Source: Candidatus Latescibacterota bacterium (GTDB lineage: Bacteria > Latescibacterota > UBA2968 > UBA8231). Taken from it: 64,000 nt of DNA. Within the stretch, counting starts at the first letter, position 1; the number at the start of each line of letters is the position of its first letter. Where the stretch lies: positions 2,080,001 through 2,144,000 of the forward strand of contig OZ241889.1 in assembly GCA_965203355.1 (NCBI GenBank). The letters run 5' to 3'. Positions 47,829-58,383 of this stretch are shown piece by piece. Under the pieces are notes generated by a model. It ran no database searches and was not told where the DNA came from. It was given only the letters and a program-made list of their open reading frames with translations. Position numbers and translations under genes: made by a program.

Positions 47829-50010
47829 ATGGACACTCTTATGGACGGCGGCTTTGGGGCTGCCAGCCAACGCGGCAGAAGGGGAGTTCACTTGGCCGCT
47901 GCGCCTTGCGCCCGCCCTGTCTTCCACCTTCGGCGAGTCGCGTTCCCGCGCTTTCCACGCCGGCATAGACCTCAAGACTTGGGGCGAAACCGGCCATCCC
48001 GTCCAAGCCCTGGCCGATGGCTATGTCTGGCGAGTGAGCACCTCACCTTGGGGCTATGGCCGGGCCTTGTACCAGAAATTGGCCGATGGTCGCATTGTGG
48101 TCTATGCCCATCTAGCGGGCTTTGCCGCGCCGGTGGCCGAGCGCGTGCAGCAAGCTCAGCAGCAGAGCGGACGCTACAGCGTGGAGTTTTATTTGGAGGA
48201 AGGAGAAATCCCAGTGCGCGGCGGCGCGGTCGTCGCTTGGAGTGGCGAGAGCGGCGCCGGTCCGCCTCATTTGCACCTAGAACTGCGCGACGCCCATAAC
48301 GCAGCGATCAATCCTCTGTTGCATGGGTTCGCCGTGGCCGATGCGATTGCGCCGACTTTGCAACGAGTCGCGATCACGCCGCATGGCCGCAAGGCCCAAG
48401 TCGAAGGAGGGCACGACCCCTATGTGCTGAATTTGCGCTGGCAGCCGAGTCCGGGGGAGTTTGTCGGCGGGCGGCCCGTGCAGGTGCTCGGCCCGGTGAG
48501 CATCAGTGCGCTGATGTACGATCGCGCCGATGCGGCGCCCAACAAGTTAGCGCCCTATCGCGCGGAATTGCACATCAACGGCGAGTTGGTTTTCGCGGCG
48601 CGCTACGAGCGGGTGGGCTACGGCGATATGCACCAGATGTATTTGGACCGGCCGCTGGCTGCTTTTAAGGGCGGGGTGGGCCGCTTTTACAACTTGTGCC
48701 GCCTGCCGGGCAATCGCCTCGAATTCTACGAGGGGCCTAGCGATGGCATACTAAACTTGGCCAAGGGGCGGCACGAGGCCGTCGTCGTCGCCGCGGATGT
48801 CAACGGCAACGAGAGCCGAGCGCGCTTTGGGTTGGTGGTTGATGAACCGCCGGTCCTTGCCGGGGCGCGGATTGCGGCAACCGCGAATGGAACCTTTATC
48901 GAAGCGCGGCTGAGCGATGCGGACGACCCGCTCATAGAAGTAGAATTGGCCAGCTCGCGCAATGGCGAGGACTGGCGGCGCGTCGATCGGCGGCAGAGCC
49001 GCTCGGGGCCGCTCAAGTGGCAGATCCACCGCAACGCTTCCTATTGGCGGATCCAAGCGCGGGATCCAGCCGGTGCCACGGCTTTTGCCGTTTGTCGCCT
49101 GCCCGAGACCGCGGTGCCGACCTTTGCGCTGGAACGCCGTCCCCACGCGGATTTCGTGGAGCTTGTGATGCGCTATGAACGAGTACCCAGCGCCGCGCCC
49201 TTAGTCCGCACGGATACCGTTAATATCAGCCCCCGCCAGACCGGCTTGCGCGAGTTCCGCGTCGCCGTGCCGCTCGATTCGAGCGATCGAACGGCGGGAT
49301 CGGTTTTGCTGCGGACGCCAGGGGCGGCCGTGCAAAGGGTCGTCCTCGATAGGCAATTCGTGCGGCCGGGGGTCCCGGCCAACCTGACCTATGCCAACGG
49401 CGCGGTCGAATTGGGCTTTGCCGCGACGAGCGCGTACGCGCCGTTTTTCCCGCAAGTCGAGCGATTTGAGCCGCAAGTGCCTGCTGCGCTCGTCGCAGCT
49501 GGGCCGGCTTTTGCCTTGGGGCCGGATGTTAGCTTTGACAGCCGGGTCGAGTTGCGGTTGCGCTACGACCAGCGGGAAACGCTGTCGCCGGAGAAACTGG
49601 GCATCTACCGAGAAGTCGCCGCTGAAAAGTGGGCACTGGTGAGCAATGAGTGGGATGCTGGGGGGCGGCAGGTGGTGGCGCGGGTGCGGCGCTTGGGCCG
49701 CTATGCGCTGTTGGCCGACTTGGAACCCCCTGAGATCAGCCGTTTGCAGCCCGCTGAAGGAGCCGTCGTTGGCGTGCGTCCAGCAATTCGCGGCACCGTG
49801 CGCGATCCGGGTGCGGGCATTGGGCAGGAGACCGACATTGAATTCGCGCTCGACGGACGCCGGCTGATCGCCGAATACGATCCAGAAGCCGGGCGCGTGC
49901 ATGGACATTTGCTGGAAGATTTGTTGCCGGGCGTGCATCGCCTCGTGCTGAGGGTGCGGGATATGAGCGGCAACCAAGCCGAGAGCCAGGCTGAATTTAC
50001 CGTGCGTTAG
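47821..50010 (+). CDS. M23 family metallopeptidase with C-terminal Ig-like domains
   Basis: FHAGIDLK, YAHL, PHLHLELR, INPL. Confidence 0.85.
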   Translation: MIKWTLLWTAALGLPANAAEGEFTWPLRLAPALSSTFGESRSRAFHAGIDLKTWGETGHPVQALADGYVWRVSTSPWGYGRALYQKLADGRIVVYAHLAGFAAPVAERVQQAQQQSGRYSVEFYLEEGEIPVRGGAVVAWSGESGAGPPHLHLELRDAHNAAINPLLHGFAVADAIAPTLQRVAITPHGRKAQVEGGHDPYVLNLRWQPSPGEFVGGRPVQVLGPVSISALMYDRADAAPNKLAPYRAELHINGELVFAARYERVGYGDMHQMYLDRPLAAFKGGVGRFYNLCRLPGNRLEFYEGPSDGILNLAKGRHEAVVVAADVNGNESRARFGLVVDEPPVLAGARIAATANGTFIEARLSDADDPLIEVELASSRNGEDWRRVDRRQSRSGPLKWQIHRNASYWRIQARDPAGATAFAVCRLPETAVPTFALERRPHADFVELVMRYERVPSAAPLVRTDTVNISPRQTGLREFRVAVPLDSSDRTAGSVLLRTPGAAVQRVVLDRQFVRPGVPANLTYANGAVELGFAATSAYAPFFPQVERFEPQVPAALVAAGPAFALGPDVSFDSRVELRLRYDQRETLSPEKLGIYREVAAEKWALVSNEWDAGGRQVVARVRRLGRYALLADLEPPEISRLQPAEGAVVGVRPAIRGTVRDPGAGIGQETDIEFALDGRRLIAEYDPEAGRVHGHLLEDLLPGVHRLVLRVRDMSGNQAESQAEFTVR

Positions 50011-51017
50011 CGCAGCGGTACCGGGGCACCGGCTTGGCGCAGCGACGCCTGTGCGGCCTCTAAGACGCGCACGACGCGCAGGCCGTCGCGGCCATCGCTG
50101 CGGGGTGTTTGGCCGGTGCGTACGCACTCGACGAAATGCTGGCACTCCAGCTTGAGCGGCTCGGCCATTTGCAGCCGCGGAATGACGACATCGCCAAAGC
50201 GCAGCGCAATGGAGTCGCCATAGGAATCGCATTGCGGCCGCTCGGCCGATTTGTCGTAGATGCGCACCTTTTCCGTGCTTTCTCCATCGTCAAAGACCGC
50301 CATCTTGCGGCTGCCGACCACGGTCAGGCGGCGGATGCGGTGCGGGTCGAGCCAAGAGAGTTGCATCTGCGCCATCTTGCCATCGGCAAAGTGCAAATTG
50401 GCAAAGACCACGTCTTCGATGGCGGGTTGTAGATAGCACTCGCCGCGGGCACTGACCGCATCCGGCTCTTGGCCGAGCAGGTACAGGATGACCGATATGT
50501 CGTGTGGTGCCAAGCTCCACAAGGCATTTTCGTCTCGGCGGACAATGCCCAAGTTGACGCGCTGGGAATACAGGTAATACAAGTCCCCGAGCGCCCCTTC
50601 TTTTACTAAATCGCGCAACATTTGCACGGCGGGATGGTACTTCAGCAGGTGCCCGACCATCAGCACCCGATCCCGCTCGGCGGCTAATTCGACCAAGTGG
50701 GCCGACGTGGCCGCGTCGAGGGTCATGGGCTTTTCGACGTACACATGCTTGCCCCGCTCGAGGGCGCGTCGAGCTAATTCGTAGTGCTGGGCCGCCGGGA
50801 CGGCCAACACGACGGCGTCGAGTGCGTCGTCGCCGAGCACTTCGTCGCAATGGGCGGTGGTGGGAATCGCTGGGTGCTGGCGCTGCATGGCGCGGCGGAT
50901 TTCCGGGCTGGCGTCGCACACTTGGCGCAGATGCACGTCGGGCAAGTCGCGGAAGACGCGGACTAGGTTTTTGCCCCAATACCCCGCGCCGATGCAGGCG
51001 ATTTGGACGCGGTTCAC
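50007..51017 (-). CDS. Gfo/Idh/MocA oxidoreductase
   Basis: IGAGYWGKN, EKP, LAPHD. Confidence 0.88.
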   Translation of the reverse strand: MNRVQIACIGAGYWGKNLVRVFRDLPDVHLRQVCDASPEIRRAMQRQHPAIPTTAHCDEVLGDDALDAVVLAVPAAQHYELARRALERGKHVYVEKPMTLDAATSAHLVELAAERDRVLMVGHLLKYHPAVQMLRDLVKEGALGDLYYLYSQRVNLGIVRRDENALWSLAPHDISVILYLLGQEPDAVSARGECYLQPAIEDVVFANLHFADGKMAQMQLSWLDPHRIRRLTVVGSRKMAVFDDGESTEKVRIYDKSAERPQCDSYGDSIALRFGDVVIPRLQMAEPLKLECQHFVECVRTGQTPRSDGRDGLRVVRVLEAAQASLRQAGAPVPLR

Positions 51018-51805
51018 GGGTGCTGGAAATAAGCGCCGATGTCGGCGGCTAAGTGCGCGAGGGCTTGGCTGCCTTCGGCCTGGGGGTGCGCTTTGGCGAT
51101 CGGCTCGCCCGCGTCGGCTTGGCTGCGGACGAGGGGGTCGAGCGGAATTTCGCCCAGATAGGGAATGTCCAAGCGGCTAGCGGTGGCGCGGCCGCCGCCG
51201 GCTCCGAAGATGGGGTCGGCATGGCCGCAGTGGCCGCAGCGGAAATAGCTCATGTTCTCGACTAAACCGACGATGGGTACCTCGGTCTGGCGGAACATCT
51301 CGACGCCGCGCCGCACGTCTTCGAGGGCAATGGCCGAAGGCGTAGTGATGATTAAGGCCGCAGTCAAGGGGGCCACTTGGGTCAGCGTGATTTGTACATC
51401 CCCGGTCCCAGGAGGTAGATCTATGAGCAAGAGGTCGAGTTCGCCCCAAGTGACGTTGAAGAGGAATTGGTGCATCATCTTGGCCAGCATGGGGCCGCGC
51501 CACACGACGGGGGTGCCCGGGTCGATTAGCAGCCCCATGGAAATGGCTTGGAGGCCGTGTGCGGACAAGGGGTGGATGCGGCCATCGGTTGCAGTCGGCC
51601 GGCCGGCTAGGCCGAGCAAGCCCGGGATGTTGGGGCCATAGATGTCGGCGTCGAGCAAGCCGACGCGCAGCCCTTGGTCGGCCAAGATCACGGCCAAGTT
51701 GGCGCAGAGCGTGGACTTGCCGACGCCGCCCTTGCCGCTGGATATGGCTAGTGTATCTTTAATGCCGGGAATGGGTTGGCGGTTGTGGGTCTGTGGGGCG
51801 TTCAC
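51014..51805 (-). CDS. Mrp/NBP35 (ApbC) Fe-S carrier ATPase
   Basis: SGKGGVGKST, DADIYGP, WRGPM, DLPPGTGD, ENMS..CxxC. GTG start assumed. Confidence 0.92.
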   Translation of the reverse strand: MNAPQTHNRQPIPGIKDTLAISSGKGGVGKSTLCANLAVILADQGLRVGLLDADIYGPNIPGLLGLAGRPTATDGRIHPLSAHGLQAISMGLLIDPGTPVVWRGPMLAKMMHQFLFNVTWGELDLLLIDLPPGTGDVQITLTQVAPLTAALIITTPSAIALEDVRRGVEMFRQTEVPIVGLVENMSYFRCGHCGHADPIFGAGGGRATASRLDIPYLGEIPLDPLVRSQADAGEPIAKAHPQAEGSQALAHLAADIGAYFQHP

Positions 51806-51888
51806 TGAGGTTCCTGCTGCGTAGTGGAAAAGCTGAAGTATAGAAGAAAGACTTCCTCGCGGCAAGGGGATAGACAAAGGAGCTAGCC

Positions 51889-52734
51889 ATGTATGGAGTC
51901 GCGCTTTTGGCGGTCGTTTTGATCCCCTTGGGTTGCACGAATGTCAACCAGATGCACCAGCTCTATCGGGCGGGCGACCACTCGCAGTTAGAGCGCATTA
52001 TGGAGATCGTCTCCCGCCAAGACTATCCCTATGCCACGCGACGCAAGGCCGCGCGCATTCTCGGCGAGATCGGCGATCCGCGCGCCGTGCCCGTGCTGAA
52101 AATGGCGCTTCAAGACTACGATCAGCGCACGACGCTCAAGCAGGACGCGCTCCGCGCCTTGGGCACCATCGGCGAGCAGAGCGCGGCCTTGGATATAGGA
52201 AGGCTGCTCAACTACTCGCTCAACACGGCCGACTCCGAGTTGCGGATGGCCGCCATTGAAGCGCTCGGGCAGATGGGGGGGGCCAAGGCGGCTGAAATTT
52301 TGGTCAATGCCCTCGACTACTACGACATGCTTACCCTGCGCTCTGAGCAGCGAACCCGCCGGGGGGTGTTCACCGGCGAGGAGCTATCTCCCTATCCCTA
52401 CGGACTGATGCAGCCGGACTCCACGGACGGCCCACGACGCTATCCAAATGTGGGATTGGATCCCTTTGGGGCGGGCGGGCAGCCGCGGGTGAGCATGTTC
52501 GGTACGCCCATTGAGCCGACGCAGATGGAATACGACCCCACGCCCGAAGAGCACACCCTGACCCATCAGGCGCTTACAGCGGTGGGGGCAGCCGCCATTC
52601 CAGTGATTGAAAATCACCTAGATGGCCTGCGCGTGAGCCGCCCGACCTTGCGCAAGGAGTTACTGACCATAATAAGCGAAATCACCGGGGTGCCGCCGGT
52701 GGTAGAAGCCGATTCCACAGCCGCCGATCTGTAG
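51889..52734 (+). CDS. HEAT-repeat lipoprotein
   Basis: PLGC lipobox-like motif; repeats AARILGEIGD, ALRALGTIG, AIEALGQMG. Confidence 0.7.
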   Translation: MYGVALLAVVLIPLGCTNVNQMHQLYRAGDHSQLERIMEIVSRQDYPYATRRKAARILGEIGDPRAVPVLKMALQDYDQRTTLKQDALRALGTIGEQSAALDIGRLLNYSLNTADSELRMAAIEALGQMGGAKAAEILVNALDYYDMLTLRSEQRTRRGVFTGEELSPYPYGLMQPDSTDGPRRYPNVGLDPFGAGGQPRVSMFGTPIEPTQMEYDPTPEEHTLTHQALTAVGAAAIPVIENHLDGLRVSRPTLRKELLTIISEITGVPPVVEADSTAADL

Positions 52735-52895
52735 TTTGACAAGGGTACGCCGAGCGCATATACTAGGGCGTTTCTATCCGAAAATCACCGAGACATGCGC
52801 TAGGCCCGCCTTGTTGAAGCGGAATGTGCAGACGCTTGGTTCGCCTGTTTACCCCCGGCCGGAAGGCCAAGTATAATTCGAGGTTTTCACCCATT

Positions 52896-53666
52896 ATGGA
52901 ACGCGATATCGGCCCGATCCTCAGCGACTGGAAATACGCCCCAGGCGAGTTGAGCGTGCGCAAGATACGAGGCGGCAATGGCAGCACCAAGCTCCAAATC
53001 CGCATGGATATGGGCTTGATGCAGTTAGAGTGGCGGGGCCGTCCCGACGCACTCCGGCCGCACGGCTATGGGTCGCTGTTGGATTACTACTGCCAAAAGC
53101 GGCGCGAGTGGGAAAAAGCACACGGCCCGGGCACCTTTCGCCTCTCGCACGAGGATTGTTCCGATCTGGCCCAAGAGGCCATGAAATACTACTGGCGGCG
53201 GATTGGTTTTTTTGAACTAAAAGAATACCAGCGCGCCGAAGAGGACGCCAAGCACAACCTCGCCATTCTCGACTTGTGCTACGAATACGCCGAGGAGGAC
53301 GAGGATCGTCAGTTAGCCGAACAATACCGCGTCTTTGTCACAGCGCATCGGGTGCAGGCGCGGGCCCTGGCCTATCTAGAGGCCGAAAACCACGCTGAGG
53401 CCCTAGCCGAGATCCGCCGAGGCGTCGTCGAAATTGAGGAATTTCTCGCCAAAATTGGTCGATTGGATCAGCTCGACGCATGCCCTGAGCTGCTCTTTTT
53501 GCGCGAGTGGGAGAGCGAGGTCGAAAGTACTCGACCGCGCACGTTGCGCGAGCGACTGACGGCCGATCTACAGGCCGCAGTAGAAGCAGAGCGATTTGAA
53601 CTGGCCGCTTCGCTCAGGGATCGCTTGCGCTCGCTCGAGGCCGAGCAAGCTGGCAGGCTGTCTTGA
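52896..53666 (+). CDS. Conserved uncharacterised protein with C-terminal UVR motif (paralog of 17346..18119)
   Basis: VRKIRG..KLQIR..GRPD..RPHG, C-terminal LQAAVEAERFELAASLRD. Confidence 0.75.
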   Translation: MERDIGPILSDWKYAPGELSVRKIRGGNGSTKLQIRMDMGLMQLEWRGRPDALRPHGYGSLLDYYCQKRREWEKAHGPGTFRLSHEDCSDLAQEAMKYYWRRIGFFELKEYQRAEEDAKHNLAILDLCYEYAEEDEDRQLAEQYRVFVTAHRVQARALAYLEAENHAEALAEIRRGVVEIEEFLAKIGRLDQLDACPELLFLREWESEVESTRPRTLRERLTADLQAAVEAERFELAASLRDRLRSLEAEQAGRLS

Positions 53667-55429
53667 AGGAGTGCTCATGGTCGAGGCGTGGGCTGAGGGG
53701 CACTGTCTCCCAGCCCTTTTACTTTGCCCTGTTGGCCTTGTTAAGTGCTTGCGGGCAAATGGCTCCCAAGACGACGCCCGATGTGCCGACGGTCCAGATT
53801 ACCCAAGAACAGCTACCCATAGTAGGAGACAACCTGCTCGACTTGCAGTTGTTCAGGCCAGGTACAGGTTCGCGCCACCTGCTAGCTCGGCTGACGTGGG
53901 AAACCCCTTCGGGCGCGCAGCGCAAGGTCGAGCACCGGCTACAGGTACCGCAGGGGCGTCTAGTGCGTTATGCGCTGCCGTATCGGTTGGCCGAGGCCGG
54001 CATACACCGCGCGGCCCTGCGGCTGTACGATCCTGAGCGCGACACGACTATCCATGTAGTTGAAGCGTTGCGCCTGTTTGCCCGGCCGGCTTGGGAGCTT
54101 TCGGGCGATCGCTCGTATTATACCGTAGAGGACGAGATCCGCTTCCGGTTGCGGCGCAATCGCCGCGCTGATACGACGGTCCCGGTGACGGTCGAGTTGC
54201 GGCGCGGCGGCGCGGTCTTGGATCGCTTGGCGGCAAACGTGGTTGGGCAGGAGGTCACTGGGGCCTTTGCCGCCGATACCTTGCCCGCCGGGCGCTATGA
54301 GTTAGTGGCGCGGTGGCTGGATCCGGTCGGCGGCGCGGACTCGCTGATCGCGGTCTGCGAGAAGTTTGCACCAGCCGCCCGAGAGGTGAAAATCGACCTG
54401 TTCAGCCAGTCCTTGCTCGTCAATGGCGAGCCGTTTTTTCCCATTGGGCTGTACTGGCTGCGGGAGGAGGTCCTCGCTCCAATGCGTCAGCTGCATTTCA
54501 ATGCTGGGGATTACTACTACAAGCTGCGTGGCGAAGAGGTCGCCGCGCTGATGGACGCAGCCGCCGTAGAGGGGATGCAGATACTCCTAGAAATGACCGA
54601 GTACGCCCGGCGCAAGCCCGAGCCGGATTATCGGGCCATTGCCGCCCTCGTCAAACGCTATCGCCAGCATCCGGCACTCTTGGCGTGGTATCTGGTTGAC
54701 GAGCCAGACGAGACCAAAATGGATCCTGCGTCGGCTTTGGCGATATACGAGTTAATTCGGGAACTCGATCCCTATCACCCCGTCTATTTGGTCAACAACC
54801 GACCGCACACATACGCCGCCTATTCGGACGCCAGCGATATATTGGCTATAGATGTCTATCCGATTCCGAATTATCCCATCAGTCAGGTGGGCGACTATAT
54901 GGAACGGGCGCGCTGGACTTCGCTGGAGCGCAAGCCAGTCTGGTTGATCGCCCAGGCCTTTGGCGGCGTAGAGCATTGGCCGCGCGCGCCGACGGCACGC
55001 GAGTTGCGGAACATGGTCTATCAAGGCTTGGTTGGCGGGGCCAAGGGCGTGTTGTTTTACCGCTATTGCGAGGAGAACGAACGACACATTCAGCCCCTCG
55101 CCTTGTGGCGAGAAGCACAGCACCTCGCGGCCGAGCTGGCCGAATTAGGCCCGGTGTTCTTGCAGGGGGAGCACCGCTTGGCGGCACAACCGACCAGTGG
55201 TGAAATTGCCGTGGCGATCAAAGAATACAAAGGCGCCTTTTACGTATTTGCCGTCAATGTCGCCGAAGATTCGCGGCGACTCGATTTGCGTCTGGAGGGC
55301 TTACCGCCGATGGGACGGGCCGAAGTGCTCGGTGGGCAGGCGGTGCCGACGCTGGCCAATGGGCGACTTGCTGCGGAGTTAGGGCCGCTCGGCACGGCGG
55401 TTTTTCGCTTGCAGACAGCGGGCATTTGA
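53663..55429 (+). CDS. Putative lipoprotein with glycoside-hydrolase-like TIM barrel
   Basis: LSAC lipobox, LVNGEPFFPIGLY, HPALLAWYLVDEP, DILAIDVYP. Start uncertain. Confidence 0.55.
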   Translation: MKECSWSRRGLRGTVSQPFYFALLALLSACGQMAPKTTPDVPTVQITQEQLPIVGDNLLDLQLFRPGTGSRHLLARLTWETPSGAQRKVEHRLQVPQGRLVRYALPYRLAEAGIHRAALRLYDPERDTTIHVVEALRLFARPAWELSGDRSYYTVEDEIRFRLRRNRRADTTVPVTVELRRGGAVLDRLAANVVGQEVTGAFAADTLPAGRYELVARWLDPVGGADSLIAVCEKFAPAAREVKIDLFSQSLLVNGEPFFPIGLYWLREEVLAPMRQLHFNAGDYYYKLRGEEVAALMDAAAVEGMQILLEMTEYARRKPEPDYRAIAALVKRYRQHPALLAWYLVDEPDETKMDPASALAIYELIRELDPYHPVYLVNNRPHTYAAYSDASDILAIDVYPIPNYPISQVGDYMERARWTSLERKPVWLIAQAFGGVEHWPRAPTARELRNMVYQGLVGGAKGVLFYRYCEENERHIQPLALWREAQHLAAELAELGPVFLQGEHRLAAQPTSGEIAVAIKEYKGAFYVFAVNVAEDSRRLDLRLEGLPPMGRAEVLGGQAVPTLANGRLAAELGPLGTAVFRLQTAGI

Positions 55430-55473
55430 ACAGGTAATCCACTGGCGTTGGAGCCAGTTAAAGGGAGAAAACG

Positions 55474-55962
55474 ATGGCTAAAAAGATGGCGCTCAATAAG
55501 CGAGAGCGAGAGCGGATGAAGAAGATTCTCTTAGTGCGCCGCGCTGAATTGCTCAGCGATTTGGACGGCACCGAGCACGAGATCGACGAGTTGCAAGATC
55601 CCAAGGCCGACGATCTCGACCGCGCAGTCGAGGCCGGAACCATGGAGCTTTTGGTGACGCTAGGGGATACTGAGCGCCGCGAGTTGGAGGAGGTCACGCT
55701 GGCGCTCGAGAAGCTAGAAAGCACGACGTATGGCAAGTGTGAAGCCTGTCTCGAACAGCCCTTAAACCTGTGTTCGACCTGCCCGTTTATTCCCAAGCCG
55801 CGCTTGGAGGCCCTGCCCACGGCGCGGCTGTGCGTGTCCTGTCAGGAGGCCGAGGAGCAGAACCAGATTCCGTCTTATACTCGGCTGCGCCCCCGGCGGA
55901 TGTTTGGCGAGGAAATAGAAGAATTCTCGCATCCGCTGATGGATTCAGAAGACGACAAATAG
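55474..55962 (+). CDS. DksA/TraR C4 zinc-finger protein
   Basis: DDLDRA coiled-coil tip, YGKCEAC..RLEALPTARLCVSC. Confidence 0.85.
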   Translation: MAKKMALNKRERERMKKILLVRRAELLSDLDGTEHEIDELQDPKADDLDRAVEAGTMELLVTLGDTERRELEEVTLALEKLESTTYGKCEACLEQPLNLCSTCPFIPKPRLEALPTARLCVSCQEAEEQNQIPSYTRLRPRRMFGEEIEEFSHPLMDSEDDK

Positions 55963-55983
55963 GCGCGTGATCCGCGCCGATAG

Positions 55984-56010
55984 CAAGGCGGCGCAGCTTG
56001 GGCCGCCTTG
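55984..56010. terminator. Hairpin between the convergent DksA-like and TolC genes
   Basis: CAAGGCGGC-N9-GCCGCCTTG, no U-tract. Confidence 0.35.
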
Positions 56011-56027
56011 GCGTGAGGATTGGGAGA

Positions 56028-57467
56028 CTAAGGAGCCAGCTCTTTTAGCTCGGCCATAGTGGCTAGCCGCACGTTTTTGAGCTGGCGCTGGTAGCCTATG
56101 ACTGCGGCTAAGGCGTTGATCTGGGCTTGCGTCAAGTTGCCTTGGGCCTGGAGCAATTGCTGGCTGTCGGCCAAGCCGAGTTCAAAACGGCTCTGCTCGA
56201 CGTCGTAGGTGCGCTGGGCAAATTCGAGGGCGGCTTGGCGCAGGTCGATCTGGCGCTCGGCCTCGTGGACGCGGCGCGTGGCGTCGCGAACTTGCTGGAT
56301 GATTAGACGGCGTTGGTGCTCGCGGCCGAGGCGGCTTTGCTCCAAGGCGATGCGCGCTTGGCTGACGTTGGCCCGCCGTTGGCCGCTGTCGATCAGCGGC
56401 AGCCTTATCTGCAGATCGACGCCCCAGCGATTGCGCTCGAAATTGTCGCTGACCGCGCTGATTTCGCTGCCGCGTCCCTGCATGCTGACATTGGCACCCA
56501 AGGTCGCGTTAATGCCGTTGCGGCGGCGGGCCTCCACGAGATTCAACTCGTTAATTTCCTCGGAAATTTCCGCTCGTTTCATGTCGGTGCGACGCGCCAA
56601 GCCTATTTCAAGGGCGCGTTGGTCGTCGATGGGGTGAATCTCGTATTGGACCTCAGCGTCGATTTCGAGCGGTTCCCACACGTCGAGTCCGAGGGTTTGG
56701 CGGAGCAGGTCGCGGCGCGATTCGATGTCGGTCTGCGCTTGGTCGTACGTGGCTTCGGCCTGCAGCATCTCCACCTGTAAGCGCAGGGCTTCCACTTCGG
56801 CGATGAGGCCGACCTCAAATTTTCGTTGAGCCAGTTCCAAGTTGGCGCGCGACTGGGCTAGGCGCTGTTCCTCTATTGCGAGTTCTTGGACGCTCTGTAC
56901 CAAAGCGTAGTAATCGTCGATGACTTGGCCTTCTAATTGGAGCCGCTGGCGGTCGAAGTTGAGGCGGGCGCTTTGCAGGCGGTACTCGGCGCGCTTGAGC
57001 GCGATTTCTTCGCTGGGCCGAGCGAGTAGCTCGCGCTCGTAAGCCAGGCGCGTCGAGCCCGAATAGTCGAGGAAGCCCTCGCGGCGATTGGACGAAAAGT
57101 CGCGGCGTAGAGCCACAGAGGTCAGCGTGAGTTGGCCGAGGTGGCGCAGGCGCTGGGTCATGCGCAGGTTGCCCGAGTAGGAGACATCGGTATTCTCTTC
57201 GCGGACTCGAGTTTGGAGGGCGACGTTTTCTTGGATGTCGCGCAGTGCGGTGAAACTAGGGGCGGTGAAAGAGGCGTCCATGTTGAAGGTAAAAGGCGCT
57301 TGGGCCGCCGTTAGTTGGACGCGACTGTTGTCTAGGGTTTGTTGGTCCATTTGGTGTTGTAGGTTGTTTTGCATGGCCAAGTCGATGCACTCTTGCAGCG
57401 AGAGCACCTCGGCCGTCGAACAGGTGGCGGCGATTAGCAAACTGACGAGTGCCCATTGGTGTTTCAT
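56028..57467 (-). CDS. TolC-family outer membrane efflux protein
   Basis: Signal peptide, LSLQECIDLAMQNN, RKFEVG and RFELG repeats. Confidence 0.85.
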   Translation of the reverse strand: MKHQWALVSLLIAATCSTAEVLSLQECIDLAMQNNLQHQMDQQTLDNSRVQLTAAQAPFTFNMDASFTAPSFTALRDIQENVALQTRVREENTDVSYSGNLRMTQRLRHLGQLTLTSVALRRDFSSNRREGFLDYSGSTRLAYERELLARPSEEIALKRAEYRLQSARLNFDRQRLQLEGQVIDDYYALVQSVQELAIEEQRLAQSRANLELAQRKFEVGLIAEVEALRLQVEMLQAEATYDQAQTDIESRRDLLRQTLGLDVWEPLEIDAEVQYEIHPIDDQRALEIGLARRTDMKRAEISEEINELNLVEARRRNGINATLGANVSMQGRGSEISAVSDNFERNRWGVDLQIRLPLIDSGQRRANVSQARIALEQSRLGREHQRRLIIQQVRDATRRVHEAERQIDLRQAALEFAQRTYDVEQSRFELGLADSQQLLQAQGNLTQAQINALAAVIGYQRQLKNVRLATMAELKELAP

Positions 57468-57633
57468 CGCGGGAGCTCCTTCTCATGGATGGCGAGCGAA
57501 AGGCAGCGGTTGTCTGTAATTATACAATACGGGTTTTACCACGCCAACCGCGCCGCCATTTTTCGCCAGCGAGTTTAATGGTTAATTTTAATTAATAGAC
57601 TTAAGCCTGTCGCGAATCCAAAGGAGCCATGCC

Positions 57634-58383
57634 ATGACGACCCTCACTTCGCAAGTGCTGGCGTACGAAAAAACCGCCGCCGACCTTGCCGTTAAAATCT
57701 TTGCCGACGGAGCCGACCGCGCCAGTATGCTGGCGAGTTATGCCAACCCGCTAGTCGCTGGATTTACGACCAATCCCACCTTGATGCGCCAAGCCGACGT
57801 TGCCGATTACCGGGCCTTTGCCCACGACATCGTCGCGGCCATTCCCGACCGCCATATTTCCTTTGAGGTCTTTTCAGACGAGTTTGACGACATGGAGCGC
57901 CAAGCCCGCGAGATCGCCACTTGGGGTGAAAACGTGTACGCCAAAATCCCGGTCAGCAACACCAAGGCCGCGGTCAGCTACGACTTGGTCCATCGGCTGT
58001 CTCACGCTGGGGTCAAGGTCAATGTCACGGCGATATTTCTGCTCGACCAAGTGAGAGAAGTGGCGGCCGCGGTCGAGGGCGGAGCACCGTGCTGCGTGTC
58101 GGTTTTTGCCGGCCGCATTGCCGACGCCGGGCTGGACTACATGCCGGTCATGGCCGAGTCGGTCGAGCTGCTCGCGTCCAACCCCCGAGCCGAGCTCATC
58201 TGGGCCAGCCCCCGCGAGGTGTACAATGTCGTCCAAGCCGATAGCATCGGCTGCCACATCATCACCTGCACCAGCGACATCATCAAAAAGCTGCCGACCT
58301 TGGGCAAGGAATTGGGGCAGTTCTCGCTAGAGACGGTGCAGATCTTTTACGCGGATGCGGCGGCGGCTGGGTACAGCCTGTGA
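57634..58383 (+). CDS. tal: Small (TalC/FSA-type) transaldolase
   Basis: FADGAD, GFTTNPTLM, YAKIP, VNVTAIF, SVFAGRIAD, WASPRE. Confidence 0.88.
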   Translation: MTTLTSQVLAYEKTAADLAVKIFADGADRASMLASYANPLVAGFTTNPTLMRQADVADYRAFAHDIVAAIPDRHISFEVFSDEFDDMERQAREIATWGENVYAKIPVSNTKAAVSYDLVHRLSHAGVKVNVTAIFLLDQVREVAAAVEGGAPCCVSVFAGRIADAGLDYMPVMAESVELLASNPRAELIWASPREVYNVVQADSIGCHIITCTSDIIKKLPTLGKELGQFSLETVQIFYADAAAAGYSL

